From Candidatus Eiseniibacteriota bacterium (lineage in GTDB: Bacteria; Eisenbacteria; RBG-16-71-46; JABDJR01), in contig CAWANH010000028.1 of assembly GCA_963783375.1 (NCBI GenBank), positions 1,664,001 through 1,728,000 of the forward strand: a stretch of 64,000 nt of DNA. The letters run 5' to 3'. Numbering within the stretch: the stretch's first letter is position 1; every line of letters begins with the position of its first letter. Shown here in pieces: positions 27,353 to 38,233 of the stretch. Below the pieces are notes generated by a model. The model did not search any database. It saw only the letters and a list, made by a program, of their open reading frames with translations, and had not been told where the DNA came from. Made by a program: the position numbers and the translations under genes.

Positions 27353-27877
27353 ATGGCACGGTGGACTTTGGTTTCTCTGATGGCGGTGGGGCTCGTGGCG
27401 CTGTTCGCTGCTTCCCCCGCGTTGGCCCAAGGGAACGGCTTCGGGCACGGGGTGGGCGGGTTCGTGGACGAGAACGGTGACGGTTTCAACGACCTTGCGC
27501 CTGACGCGGACGGCGACGGGATCCCCAACGGGCTCGATCCCGACTACCAGCCGCCCCAGGACGGCACCGGGGCGCAGTTCGGCCATCGCGCAAACGGGGC
27601 TTCGATGGCCACCGATGGGTACGCGGCGTGGTTCCGGTACCTGCTTGCGCCCCGGTGCGTTCTTGCCGGAGACCCCTTCGCCTTCGGCATGACGATGAAC
27701 GGGGCCGGACGCGGCCACGGCTGGGGGCCGGGTGACGGCACCGGTTTCGGCGGCGACGGGCCCCAGGACGGGACGGGGTTCGGCCCCGGCGGGACGACGG
27801 GGAACCACGGCGGCATGAACCTCGACGGCCCCGACAACGGAAGCGGAAACGGCAACGGACGACGCGGAGGACGGTAG
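27353..27877 (+). CDS. secreted Gly/Asp-rich protein with DxDGDG Ca-binding-like loops and DGTG repeats
   Basis: AAGGAG SD; signal peptide ending ALA; DENGDGFND..DADGDGIPN; GPGDGTGFGGDGPQDGTGFGPG. Confidence 0.8.
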   Translation: MARWTLVSLMAVGLVALFAASPALAQGNGFGHGVGGFVDENGDGFNDLAPDADGDGIPNGLDPDYQPPQDGTGAQFGHRANGASMATDGYAAWFRYLLAPRCVLAGDPFAFGMTMNGAGRGHGWGPGDGTGFGGDGPQDGTGFGPGGTTGNHGGMNLDGPDNGSGNGNGRRGGR

Positions 27878-27968
27878 CGAGACGACCGTGGCGGGGCCGG
27901 TGGGTACCGGTCCCGCCCGGTTCTTTCCACGGACGTAAGTGGAGGCGGAAAGGATCGGAGGCGGCGAC

Positions 27969-29081
27969 ATGGGCGCGACGAGCGGGCGGTTCAGAGCGGC
28001 GGCGGTGGGAGCGATGCTCGCCACCGCGTTCTCCGTCGCTTCGGCGTTCGCCGGGACCTCGGTCCAGGGGGCGCTCACCGTGGGAGGCGGCTACCTGGCC
28101 CACCCGCTGGGTATCGCCGAGGACCGGGACGCGGGCTACCTCCATCAGTCGCTGCGGTTGATCCTCCTCCGGCAGGGGAGTTCCGATGCGTGGCGCTTCC
28201 TCTACGAAGGAACGGGATACGAATTCGAGGTAGGGGTGCCCCTGGGGCAGATGCGTCACGCGGCGGGCGTCGAGTGGTTCGGAGCGTCGGGAGCCGGTTC
28301 CTGGGGACTCCGCGCCGGCGCCCAGGCCGCTACCCGCGCGCACGCCGACGCCTACGGAAGCTACGACTTCACCGAGGGCGCCTCCTACCTCTCCTTCAAG
28401 CACTACCTGGCCGAAGGATTCCTGTGGCGGGGGGCCGCGCACCTCCGGTATCGCGGTTATCGCGAGCTGCCCGAGGAACGCTACCTGGAGGCCCGCCTCG
28501 AGACCCGCCTCCAGCGTTTCCTGGTCAATCGCACCACCCTGGAGGTCCGGCTGGAAGCGGGGAGGAAGGCCTTCACCGATCCCGCCGCCTCGCGTCTCTG
28601 GGAGACCGCGGGAACCCCCACCACCTCCCAGCTTCGCTTCGGCGGACGCGTCGCCCGGGGGCTGGGGGATCGGACCTCGATCTGGGCGGACGGCGAGGCG
28701 CGGCTCTCGCTGACCGGGTTTCCCCACGTGGTCCGGGAGGATCTCTACGACAGCCCCCTGCTCGACGCCTACGCGAGCGACGGGGCGCGATTCGAGCTGG
28801 CCGCGCGCCGGCTTCTGCCCCACCAGGTTTGGCTCGAGGGAGGGGGCGCCTACGGCTTCTGGGACTACGGCGAACTCGAATTCTCCTCGATTGAAGGGGG
28901 AGCGGTCCGTAGCGATCGGGTTGCCCAGGCGTACCTCTCCCTCGACCGTCAGTTCAACACCGGGGGATCCCGAAGGGTGAAGGCCACGCTATGGATGGGC
29001 TGGACGGACCAGCGCTCCGAGCTTCCGATCTACGACATCGCCGGCCCGAGCTTCTCCACCTCCCTGGCGGCGAGCTTTTGA
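27969..29081 (+). CDS. probable outer-membrane beta-barrel protein
   Basis: Signal peptide ending AFA; alternating-strand pattern rich in Y/W/R; C-terminal FSTSLAASF. Confidence 0.72.
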   Translation: MGATSGRFRAAAVGAMLATAFSVASAFAGTSVQGALTVGGGYLAHPLGIAEDRDAGYLHQSLRLILLRQGSSDAWRFLYEGTGYEFEVGVPLGQMRHAAGVEWFGASGAGSWGLRAGAQAATRAHADAYGSYDFTEGASYLSFKHYLAEGFLWRGAAHLRYRGYRELPEERYLEARLETRLQRFLVNRTTLEVRLEAGRKAFTDPAASRLWETAGTPTTSQLRFGGRVARGLGDRTSIWADGEARLSLTGFPHVVREDLYDSPLLDAYASDGARFELAARRLLPHQVWLEGGGAYGFWDYGELEFSSIEGGAVRSDRVAQAYLSLDRQFNTGGSRRVKATLWMGWTDQRSELPIYDIAGPSFSTSLAASF

Positions 29082-29150
29082 CCGTGTTCCTCGCGTGAGG
29101 CGACCGGGCTCCAGGTCCGGCCGGGGATCGGGTATGCTCTCCCACCAACC

Positions 29151-30332
29151 ATGCGCGTCACCTTCCTGTACGACCATCCCGTCCCCGACGGCGCCGCCGC
29201 TCTCATCCAGATCCTGAACACCGGGCGGGCCCTGGCCGAAGCGGGAACCCACGTCTCCGTTCTCACCGGGCCCTGGCGCGCACCGGACGAGGCCTCGGCC
29301 CTCGCCTTCTACGGCCTGGAGCCCCACCCGCGGCTCACCGTCCGCCCGTTCTTCGACGGACGCCCCTACGGTCGCGACCTGGACCGCCGGCTGGCGCCGA
29401 TCCTCGACCGGGGAAGCCCGGAGGAGCGGCACATGCTGATCCTTCGCGGCGAGCAGGGCCTGCTCCTCTACGCGCGCCTCCCCCGGCGGCGGTCCGATAG
29501 CCTCCGTGTGGTCTTCGAGGCTCACCGCCTCTGCGCCCCCCAGGTGACGGAGTGGGCGGCGCCCCGGGTGAAGCGGTTCCGCCTTCCCCGGGTGGGTTGG
29601 GAGCGGGCCCGGGTGCGCGGGCGGGAAACGCGGATGGTGAGGGAGGCGGACGGGTTGGTGTGCGTGACCGAAGGCGTCCTGGCCGCCTATCGCGAGATGG
29701 CCGGGACCGTCGCGCCCGCCCTGGTGCTCCCGGGGGGCGCGCGAATCCCCGACCAGGAGATCCCCGGGGACGACGCTCGCGACCTGGACGTCCTCTACGT
29801 GGGAAAGCTCGTCCGTCGAAAGGGGGTGGACGATCTCGTTCGCGCCATGGGCCGTCTCCCCGGCCGCGTCCTGACCCTGGTGGGTGGGGACGGGGACGAG
29901 GAACCCGGGCTTCGTCGTCTGGCCGCGACCGAAGGGGTGGAAGACCGCGTGCGGTTCACCGGTCCGGTTTCCCCGGCCGAGATCCCCGCGTTTCTGGGCC
30001 GGGCCCGGGTCGGGGTCTGCCCCCTCCCCACCGGGGTGAGCGTCATCTCCGATCGCTTCACCTGCCCTCTCAAGGTCCTGGAGATGATGGCCCACGGGGT
30101 TCCCCAGGTCGGCACCGACGTGCCGCCGCTCCGGGCGATCCTCCGGGACGGCCGCACCGCGCTCCTCGCCCGCCCCAACGACCCGGCGGACCTTGCCGCG
30201 GGGATCGGATCGCTCTTGGCGGATCGTCCGCGGGCCCACGCCCTAGCCGCGGCGGCCCGGCTCGAGGCCCCCCGCTACGCCTGGAGCGAGCGGGCCGCGC
30301 GCTACCGGGACTTCCTCGAAACCCTCCCCTGA
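29151..30332 (+). CDS. glycosyltransferase family 4 (GT-B)
   Basis: YVGKLVRRKGVD; PLKVLEMMAHGVP.VGTD; YAWSERA. Confidence 0.92.
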   Translation: MRVTFLYDHPVPDGAAALIQILNTGRALAEAGTHVSVLTGPWRAPDEASALAFYGLEPHPRLTVRPFFDGRPYGRDLDRRLAPILDRGSPEERHMLILRGEQGLLLYARLPRRRSDSLRVVFEAHRLCAPQVTEWAAPRVKRFRLPRVGWERARVRGRETRMVREADGLVCVTEGVLAAYREMAGTVAPALVLPGGARIPDQEIPGDDARDLDVLYVGKLVRRKGVDDLVRAMGRLPGRVLTLVGGDGDEEPGLRRLAATEGVEDRVRFTGPVSPAEIPAFLGRARVGVCPLPTGVSVISDRFTCPLKVLEMMAHGVPQVGTDVPPLRAILRDGRTALLARPNDPADLAAGIGSLLADRPRAHALAAAARLEAPRYAWSERAARYRDFLETLP

Positions 30333-30503
30333 ACCCGGCCGAACGCCGGCCGATCAAATGCGACCGGTTCTGTCGTTAATGTTTTCTCCATGTCCGGATT
30401 CTGACGTTGTCAGCGCGGTCCCGACGACCTAGCTTGAGGCTCCGGACCACACTGCGGCGTCGGGGTCTCGGTCCCGCGCGCACCACCGCCACGGGAGGGT
30501 TTC

Positions 30504-31128
30504 ATGTCCCGAGACCAGCGCCGGCCCGAGCATCCCCACGGTCTGTCCCGAAGGAAATTTCTCGCCACCATGGGAGCGGGCGCCGCCGCCGCCGCGGTGA
30601 CCGGGGGGATCGCCCCCGCGGTCTACCAGGACGGCGAGGTCATGAGCCCCGAGGAGCTGGTGAAGGTGCCCCTGGTGGTGAACGGGCGCACCCACCGGCT
30701 CCTGGTCGAGCCGCGATGGACGCTCCTCTACGTGCTTCGCGAGCGGCTGGGGCTCACCGGCACCAAGGTGGGTTGCGAGCGCGGGGAGTGCGGGGCGTGC
30801 ACGGTGCTTGATCGACGACGAGCCGCGCTACGCCTGCTCCACCCTGGCCCTGGAGGCCGAGGGGACCCGGATCACCACCGTGGAGGGACTCCTCCGCGGG
30901 GAGGACCTGGGGGAGACCCAGCGCGCCTTCGTGGAGAAGGACGGGTTCCAGTGCGGCTACTGCACCTCGGGGCAGATCATGGCCGCGGAGGGGCTGCTCC
31001 GGGCCCGGCCGGACCCCTCGGTCGACGAGATCCGGCGCGGCATGAGCGGGAACCTCTGCCGCTGCGGCGCCTATCCCCACATCACCGAGGCGGTGAAGCG
31101 CGCGTCCGAGCTCAAGCGAGGGAGGTGA
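30504..31128 (+). CDS. Mo-hydroxylase 2x[2Fe-2S] subunit (PaoA/YagT-like) with Tat signal; frameshift near 30808
   Basis: SRRKFL twin-arginine motif; GTKVGCERGECGACTV; second frame QCGYCTSG, NLCRCG. Confidence 0.88.
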
Positions 31129-31132
31129 AGCG

Positions 31133-33462
31133 GTGACCGACGAGAACGGACAGGAATACTACCGCGAGGGGATCCCCATCCCCGAGACCCCGGACCCGGG
31201 CGAGGACCCCGCGCCCTGGAAAAGACGGCGGTGGTGGGAAAGCCGCTTCCGCGCGTGGACGGCTACGAGCGGGTGAGCGGCACCGCGGTCTATCCCTCCG
31301 ACCTGGTGCTCCCCGACATGCTCTACGCGGCGGTGGTGCGCTCGCCGCATCCAACGCCCGGGTGAAGCGCGTGGACACCGCCGCGGCCCGGAAGATGCCC
31401 GGCGTGCGTGCGGTGATCGACGCTCGACCCCCGGCGCCGGCCTCGAATGGCGCTACCGGGGCTCGGTCACGAGCCGCCTCTTCGACCCGGCCTGCCGCTT
31501 CGAGGGGGACGCGGTGGCCGCGGTGGCCGCGGATACCCCCTACCAGGCGCGGGACGCGGCCAAGGCGGTGGTGGTGGAGTACGAAGTGCTTCCCTTCGTC
31601 TCCGACGAGCGGGACGCTCTGAAGCGCGGCGCCCACGCGGTCCATGAAGGCGGAAACGCGGTCTCCGACGAGCAGGTGTACGAGCGGGGCGAGGTGGAGC
31701 AGGGCTTCGCCGGGGCCGACGCCGTGCTGGAGGCAACCTACCGCACCGCGTGCGAGATCCACACCCCGATGGAGCTTCACGGCTGCGTGGCGCGCTGGGA
31801 CGGGGACGCGCTCACGATCTGGGAGTCGACCCAGGGGGTCTACGCGGTCCAGTCCCAGGTGGCCGGAATCCTGAAGCTCCCCCTGGCCAAGGTGCGGGTG
31901 ATCGGGCACTACATGGGGGGCGGGTTCGGGAGCAAGCTCCAGGCCGGAAAGTACACGATCATCGCCGCGCTCCTGGCGCGCATGACCGCCCGGCCGGTGA
32001 AGCTCTTCCTCTCCCGCGAGGAGACGTTCCTGGCGGTCGGGAACCGTCCTCCGACCACCATGACGCTCAAGGCCGGGGTGAAGCGGGACGGGACGCTGAC
32101 CGCCCTGGAGTTCAGCGGAACCGGAGCCAGCGGCGGCTATCCGGCCGGAGGCGCCGGCGCCGCTCTCGACTGGCTGGTGCGCGACCTCTATACCTGCCCC
32201 AACGTGCGGACCAGGACCCAGGACGTCTACCTCAACGCGGGCCCGGCCCGCGCCTTCCGGGCACCCGGCCATCCCCAGTGCGCCTGGGCCCTGGAGCAGA
32301 TGATGGACGCCCTGGCCGAGGCGATCGACATGGACCCGGTGGAACTCCGGCTCAAGAACGTCCCGACCGTGAGCCAGGGGCGGGGGGGAGTCTCCCTATA
32401 GCACCACCGGGTTCGCGGAGTGTCTGCGGAAGGGGGCCGAGGCCTTCGGCTGGGCGGAAGCGCGGAAGCGCGCCGCCGGGGCCTCGAAAGGGCACCTGAA
32501 GCGGGGCGTGGGGATGGCCGGCGGACTGTGGGCGGGCGGAGCCGGCGGCCCCCCGTCGACGGTGATCCTCAAGCTCTTCTCCGACGGCAGCATGAACCTG
32601 AACCTGGGGGCGAGCGACATCGGGACCGGGACCAAGACGGTGATGGCGATGGTGGTCTCGGAGGAGCTGGGGATCAAGCCCGAGCTGATCCAGATCGAGC
32701 ACGCCGACACCGGGACCACCCAGTACGCCACCCCGAGCGGCGGGAGCAAGACCGTGCCCACCGAATCCCCGGCGGTCCGGGCGGCGGCGGTGGAGGTGAA
32801 GCGCGAGCTGCTGAAGATGGCGGGGGAGGAGCTGGAACTCGATCCCGACGCCTTGATCCTGGACGGCGCCCGCATCGTGGCCCGGGAGGACCATGCCAAG
32901 GGCGTGGCCATCACCGACCTGAAGGGGCTCCAGCGGCGGGGCGTCGTGGTGGGGATCGGTTATCGCGGCCCGAACCCCGCGGGGAAGGCGGTGAACCCCT
33001 TCGCCGCCCAGTTCTGCGAGGTGGAGGTGAACACCCTGACCGGGGAGACGCGCATCCTGCGCTTCCTGGGCGCCCACGACAGCGGCCGGGTCATGAACCG
33101 GCTCACCTACCGGAACCAGGTGTTCGGCGGGATCACCATGGGGATCGGCCTGGGCATGACCGAGGCGCGGATCCTCGACCGGAACGGCACCGGGAAGATG
33201 GTTAACCGGAACTGGCACGACTACAAGCTTCCCACCATGCTCGACACCGCGCCGGACAACGTCTGCCTGCCGGTGGAGCCCGGGGGATACCGAAGCCAAC
33301 ACCACCGGGGCCAAGGGCCTCGGCGAGCCGGCCACCATTCCCACCGCCCCCGCGGTGGCCAACGCCATTCATCACGCGACCGGGGTGCGGGTGACCGACA
33401 CCCCCGCCGACCCCGTGCGGCTGGTGGCGCTCCTGGCCGGCGCGCGAAAGGAGGAGCGATGA
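31133..33462 (+). CDS. Mo-hydroxylase molybdopterin-binding large subunit (PaoC/YagR/XdhA-like); five apparent frameshifts
   Basis: PRVDG, RSPH, GGGFGSK, AFRAPG, DIGTG, GGS, QVFGG, GAKGLGE spread over frames; shifts near 31219, 31352, 31423, 32385, 33285. Confidence 0.85.
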
Positions 33463-34436
33463 CCGCGAACTTCGCCTACCTGCGGGCGCGGAACCTCCGG
33501 GAAGCCCTGACGCATCTGGATGCCGAAGGGGCCCGGGTCCACGCCGGCGGCACCGATCTCCTGGGCTGTCTCCGGGACGGGGTGTTCGACGCCCGGACGG
33601 TGGTGAGCCTCAGCCGGATCGACGCCCTCCGCGGGGTCGTGGAAACCCCGGAGGGAGGGCTTCGGATCGGGGCGCTCACCTCGATCGCCGCGGTGGCCGT
33701 CGACCCGCTCGTGGCCAAGCGCTACCCGGCGCTCGCTCAGGCGGCGGTGGCGGTGGCGAGCCCCCAGCTCCGGAACCAGGGGACGATCGGCGGGAACCTC
33801 TGCCAGAAGCCCCGCTGCTGGTACTACCGGGGGGAGTTCGACTGCCTGCGTAAGGGAGGCGACCTCTGCTACGCCTATGAGGGCGAGAACCAGTACCACG
33901 CTATCCTCGGCGGCGGCCCCTGCTTCATCGTCCATCCCTCCGACACCGCGCCGGCCCTGGTGGCGCTTTCGGCCACGGTTCGGATCGAGGGGCCGAAAGG
34001 AAAGCGCGAGGTTTCGGTGGAGACCTTTCACGTGCCGCCGGGGGTCGACCCCCAGCGGGAAACCGTCCTGGAATCGGGAGAGATCGTGACCGACGTCCTG
34101 ATCCCCCCGCCCGTGCCGGGGCTTCGAAGCTCCTATCGGAAGGTCCGGGGGCGCGAAGCCTGGGACTTCGCCCTGGCCGGAGCGGCCTTGGCGTTGGTGC
34201 TTCAGGGCGGGCGGGTGACCCGGGCCCGGGTGGTCCTCTCGGGGGCGGCCCCGGTCCCGTGGCGTTCCCGGGAGGCGGAGGCCGCGCTCACCGGTAAGGT
34301 ACTGGACGCGGCGACGGCCTCGGACGCAGCGGCCAAGGCGATGGACGGGGCCGATCCCCTGGCCCAAAACGGCTACAAGCTGCCGCTCTTCCGCGGAATG
34401 CTCGAAGAGGAACTCCTCAAGATCGCCGGGGGTTGA
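33459..34436 (+). CDS. Mo-hydroxylase FAD-binding subunit (PaoB/YagS-like, with a [4Fe-4S] insert)
   Basis: AGGTDL, IGAL, ASPQLRNQGTIGGNL, RCWYYR...C...C...C..HPSD. Confidence 0.92.
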   Translation: MTANFAYLRARNLREALTHLDAEGARVHAGGTDLLGCLRDGVFDARTVVSLSRIDALRGVVETPEGGLRIGALTSIAAVAVDPLVAKRYPALAQAAVAVASPQLRNQGTIGGNLCQKPRCWYYRGEFDCLRKGGDLCYAYEGENQYHAILGGGPCFIVHPSDTAPALVALSATVRIEGPKGKREVSVETFHVPPGVDPQRETVLESGEIVTDVLIPPPVPGLRSSYRKVRGREAWDFALAGAALALVLQGGRVTRARVVLSGAAPVPWRSREAEAALTGKVLDAATASDAAAKAMDGADPLAQNGYKLPLFRGMLEEELLKIAGG

Positions 34437-34467
34437 CCGTTCCCGGCCCATCTTCCCGGAATCCGGC

Positions 34468-35817
34468 ATGATCGAGCGGATCTTCCGGATCCGGGCCCAG
34501 GGGAGCACGGTGCGGCGGGAGACGCTGGCCGGTGCCACCACGTTTCTCACCATGGCCTACATCGTGTTCGTGAACCCGGAGATCCTTGCCTCGGCGGGAA
34601 TGGACTTCGGTGCGGTGTTCACCGCGACCTGCCTCGCCGCCGCGCTCGGGACGCTCCTCATGGGCTTTCTCGCCGGCTACCCGATCGCGCTAGCGCCCTT
34701 GATGGGCGAGAACGCCTTCTTCGCCACGGTGGTGGTGACCGGGATCGCCGGGGTCCGGGTGAGCTGGGAGGCGGCCCTGGCCGCGGTCTTCATCTCCGGG
34801 CTGATGTTCCTGGCCCTGACCCTGTTCCGGATCCGCGAGATGATCATCGACGCGGTGCCGGCGAGCCTCAAGCACGGGATCGCATCGGGGATCGGGCTCT
34901 TCATCGTGTTCATCGGGCTGGTCAATTCCGGGGTGGTGATGCGCCGCGGCCCCGAGGATCCATCCCTGGTGCCGGTCCGGCTCGGGGACCTCGCCTCGGG
35001 GCCGCCGCTCCTGGCCCTGGGCGGAACTCTCCTCACCGCGGTGCTCCTAGTACGGAAAATCCCCGGAGCGATCCTGATCGGCCTCGTGGCCACCGCGCTC
35101 GGCGGTTGGGCCCTGGGCTACGTCCACTTCCAGAGCGTGTTCGCCGCCCCGCCCAGCCTTGCTCCGACCTTCCTCCGGATGGACCTCGGCGCGGTGCTCA
35201 ACTGGTCGCTGCTGCCGGTGGTGCTGATCTTCCTCTACATGGCGGTCTTCGACGCCATCGGCACCCTGGTCGGGATCGCCGACCGCGCGGGGTTCCTGAC
35301 CTCGGCGGGAAAGCTCCCCCGGGCCACCCGGGCGCTTCTGGCCGACGCGGGGGCGACCACGGTGGGGGCGCTCCTCGGCACCTCCACCACCGGGGCCTAC
35401 ATCGAGAGCGCGGCGGGAGTCCAGGCCGGTGGGCGGACCGGATTCGCCAACCTGGTGACCGGGGGCCTCTTCCTGGTCACGCTCTTCTTCAGCCCCATCG
35501 CCGCCGCGATGGCGGCGCCGGTCCCGGCCGGCGGCCACGTGTTCAGCCCGATCACCGCCCCGGCGTTGATCCTGGTCGGGGTGCTCATGGCCCAGGGCAT
35601 CCCCCGGATCGCCTGGGACGATCTCACCGAGGCCATCCCCGCGTTCCTGGTGATCGTGATGATGCCCTTCACCTGGTCCATCGCCGACGGGATCGCCGCG
35701 GGGTTCATCGCGTATCCTCTGCTCAAGATCGCCTCGGGTCGGGCGCGCGAGGCTTCGTGGCTGGTGCGGATCCTGGGGCTGCTGTTCATCGCCCGATACG
35801 TATTCCTGCCGACCTGA
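34468..35817 (+). CDS. NCS2/AzgA-like purine permease
   Basis: [46 protein letters not shown]. Confidence 0.93.
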   Translation: MIERIFRIRAQGSTVRRETLAGATTFLTMAYIVFVNPEILASAGMDFGAVFTATCLAAALGTLLMGFLAGYPIALAPLMGENAFFATVVVTGIAGVRVSWEAALAAVFISGLMFLALTLFRIREMIIDAVPASLKHGIASGIGLFIVFIGLVNSGVVMRRGPEDPSLVPVRLGDLASGPPLLALGGTLLTAVLLVRKIPGAILIGLVATALGGWALGYVHFQSVFAAPPSLAPTFLRMDLGAVLNWSLLPVVLIFLYMAVFDAIGTLVGIADRAGFLTSAGKLPRATRALLADAGATTVGALLGTSTTGAYIESAAGVQAGGRTGFANLVTGGLFLVTLFFSPIAAAMAAPVPAGGHVFSPITAPALILVGVLMAQGIPRIAWDDLTEAIPAFLVIVMMPFTWSIADGIAAGFIAYPLLKIASGRAREASWLVRILGLLFIARYVFLPT

Positions 35818-35838
35818 TCCCCCCGGGTCTTCTGGCCG

Positions 35839-36207
35839 ATGCCCGCGGGGGACCGGGCGGTTTACGCGCAGGTCCGCGCGGGAGACGATGTTCTCTGCAC
35901 CCTGCGGCTCGGTACCCGCCCCGCGGCGATCCGCGACGTGGCCTACGCACCCTTTCCCAACCCGAGCCGTCTCGGAGCCCAATGGCGGGTGGACCTGGTG
36001 GGGCCGTCGGATGCAACCTTCGAGGTGCTCGACGTGGCCGGGCGGGTGGTGCATGGGCCGGAGCGCCGGCGCCTCCAATCGGGGCGGAACGATCTCTGGT
36101 GGGACGGTCGCCTCCGGGGCCGGCCCGCCGCGGCCGGGGTGTACTTTCTGCGGCTCACCGCCCCCGGGGTGGCGTTCCGGAGTAAGCTGGTGCTTCTCCC
36201 TCGCTGA
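35839..36207 (+). CDS. stand-alone FlgD-Ig/T9SS-A-like C-terminal domain (possible gene remnant)
   Basis: PFPNP...DVAGRVV...WDG...AAGVYFLRL...KLVLL with no signal peptide or cargo domain. Confidence 0.55.
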   Translation: MPAGDRAVYAQVRAGDDVLCTLRLGTRPAAIRDVAYAPFPNPSRLGAQWRVDLVGPSDATFEVLDVAGRVVHGPERRRLQSGRNDLWWDGRLRGRPAAAGVYFLRLTAPGVAFRSKLVLLPR

Positions 36208-36235
36208 GACGCACCCTGGACCGAGGAGCAACGGC

Positions 36236-36658
36236 ATGAAATCCCATCGTGAGACCCTGACCCTGAACATCCCGGAGCGGATGGACTTCGTGAACATCAC
36301 CCCGCAGGTGGAGAAGGCGGTGGGGAAGAGCGGGGTCCGCGAAGGGCTCTGTCTGGTGAACGCCATGCACATCACGGCCAGCGTGTTCATCAACGACGAC
36401 GAGCCGGGGCTTCACGAGGACTACAAGCGGTGGCTGGAGGCCCTGGCCCCCTTCGACCCCAGCCCCGAGCGCTACCACCACAACCGGACCGGCGAGGACA
36501 ACGGCGACGCCCATCACAAGCGCCAGGTCATGGGCCGGGAGGTGGTGGTGGCGATCACCGGGGGGAAGCTCGACTTCGGCCCCTGGGAGCAGATCTTCTA
36601 CGGTGAGTTCGACGGCCGCCGCCCCAAGCGGATCCTGATCAAGATCATCGGGGAGTGA
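36236..36658 (+). CDS. yjbQ: YjbQ/UPF0047 family protein
   Basis: [33 protein letters not shown]. Confidence 0.92.
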   Translation: MKSHRETLTLNIPERMDFVNITPQVEKAVGKSGVREGLCLVNAMHITASVFINDDEPGLHEDYKRWLEALAPFDPSPERYHHNRTGEDNGDAHHKRQVMGREVVVAITGGKLDFGPWEQIFYGEFDGRRPKRILIKIIGE

Positions 36659-36752
36659 GGCGAAGGCCGGTCTCCGAGGGCAACGGAGTAGCGCCCGACG
36701 CGCTCGGGGTGAGCGCGCCGGGCGCGGTGCATCGAACGGATGAGCCGGGGGA

Positions 36753-38219
36753 TCAGGGGAGGAGGATCATCCTCCGCGAGAACCGATGTTCCCTCGTGCT
36801 CAAGGTGTAGAAGTAGACCCCGGGCGAGGTTTCCCGCCCGAACGCGTCCCGCCGGTCCCAGGTCAGGGTGGTGAGCCCGCCGTCCCTCGGTCCGTCGAGG
36901 AGCGTCCGCACCAGTCGTCCGGCCGGGTCGTATACCCGGACCGACACCATCTCCGGCCGGGGCAGTTCGAACCGGATCACCGTGGTGCTCCGGAACGGGT
37001 TGGGGAAGTTCTGGGCCAGGGTCGGCCGCGGCACGTCGCCCCCCGGATTCCCCGGGAACCCCGTCGCCCCTCCGGCCAGGGTGAACGGGCTCACCGGCAG
37101 CATGAACTGCACGAACCCGTCCTGGTAGAAGATCTGGCCCTGGATGGGAGCGGTCATGAACCGCGGATCGGTGGGCGGGAAGAGGTTGTTGGTGAGGACC
37201 AGCTGGAGGGTTCCGGAGAATTCCCCCGTGACATCGTCGATCATCCCCACGTTGGGGGCCTCCGGATCCATCCCGGTCAGGTCGAGCTGGTTGGGGCCGG
37301 TGAAGACCCCCGGAGACCACTCGAAGGATGGGATGTCCAGGTGGAAGGTCTGGAAGGTGATCCCGGCGAACTGGGGATCGTAGGTGGGGTTCAGCTCCGG
37401 CTCGGGGATGGTGTCCAGGTAGACGTCGACGAAGCCCCCCACTCCCGGAACGAAGGCGCTGTCCGCCCCGGTATCGACGGCCGGGTAGAACAGGAAGAGG
37501 CCCCCGCTGGGGAAGATGTTGATGTGGGCGTTGCTGGTTCCCTCGCTGGGACGCTTCACCGGGCCGCCGGTATCGCCGCCTCCGGTGGTGGCTCCCCCCG
37601 GGGTGGTCGTGGGCCAGCAGTTCTTGGGGCAGGTCAGTCCCGCCTTGTCCACCAGGGACTGGATCGCGGCCTGGGTGATCCCCCCGCCCAGCTGGGCCAT
37701 CTTGTCGTTGGCGTGACCGGCGCAGGGGGTGGTCTTCCGGCTCCCGTCGGGATTCCTTCCTTCCTTGTAGGTGTCGGGGAGCCCGGCCAGGTGTCCGACC
37801 TCGTGGGCGAAGGTGTTGTTGGGTTCGTTGTTGTCCCAGGTCCCGTCGCTGTCCCCGCCGTTCACCGTTCCCAGGTGGCAGCTCGAGATGTGATCGTCCA
37901 GGCCGCCGGCGCTGTCGTCGTAGACGTAGATCGAGTCGTACCCGGCGGTGCGGCCGCCGCTACCGATCTTGAAGTTCACGACCACGCTCACCGGGCAGCA
38001 GCCGATCTTCTTGCCGGACCAGCAGGTCTCGATCTCGGTCTTGGCCGCCTGGGCGAAGGCGCTGTCCCCGCCCGGGCCGTAGAACTCCAGGTTGAAGGTG
38101 ATCTTCATCTTGCAGTTGCCGTCCTTGGCGACGGTGACCTTGGCCGGGCTCGTGCCCGGCGAGGCCGCGAGCATCATCGCGGAGAGAACGGCCGGCGCCA
38201 ACCAACGCAGGATCTTCAT
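36753..38219 (-). CDS. secreted metzincin-like zinc metalloprotease with a C-terminal FlgD-Ig sorting domain
   Basis: Signal peptide; HEVGHLAGLPD (HExxHxxGxxD) with downstream Met; Thr/Gly linker; QNFPNPF...YDPAGRLVRTL...WD...GVYFY. Confidence 0.82.
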   Translation of the reverse strand: MKILRWLAPAVLSAMMLAASPGTSPAKVTVAKDGNCKMKITFNLEFYGPGGDSAFAQAAKTEIETCWSGKKIGCCPVSVVVNFKIGSGGRTAGYDSIYVYDDSAGGLDDHISSCHLGTVNGGDSDGTWDNNEPNNTFAHEVGHLAGLPDTYKEGRNPDGSRKTTPCAGHANDKMAQLGGGITQAAIQSLVDKAGLTCPKNCWPTTTPGGATTGGGDTGGPVKRPSEGTSNAHINIFPSGGLFLFYPAVDTGADSAFVPGVGGFVDVYLDTIPEPELNPTYDPQFAGITFQTFHLDIPSFEWSPGVFTGPNQLDLTGMDPEAPNVGMIDDVTGEFSGTLQLVLTNNLFPPTDPRFMTAPIQGQIFYQDGFVQFMLPVSPFTLAGGATGFPGNPGGDVPRPTLAQNFPNPFRSTTVIRFELPRPEMVSVRVYDPAGRLVRTLLDGPRDGGLTTLTWDRRDAFGRETSPGVYFYTLSTREHRFSRRMILLP

Positions 38220-38233
38220 GGCGGTTCCTCCTC

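Noticed and set aside
30333-30503. Moco or purine riboswitch upstream of the Mo-hydroxylase operon
   Set aside because: No recognisable conserved riboswitch motifs by eye; a cmscan would be needed
32508-34436. Apparent fusion of the Mo-binding and FAD subunits in one 642-aa ORF
   Set aside because: Artefact of the frameshift near 33285; the FAD subunit has its own SD and ATG at 33459
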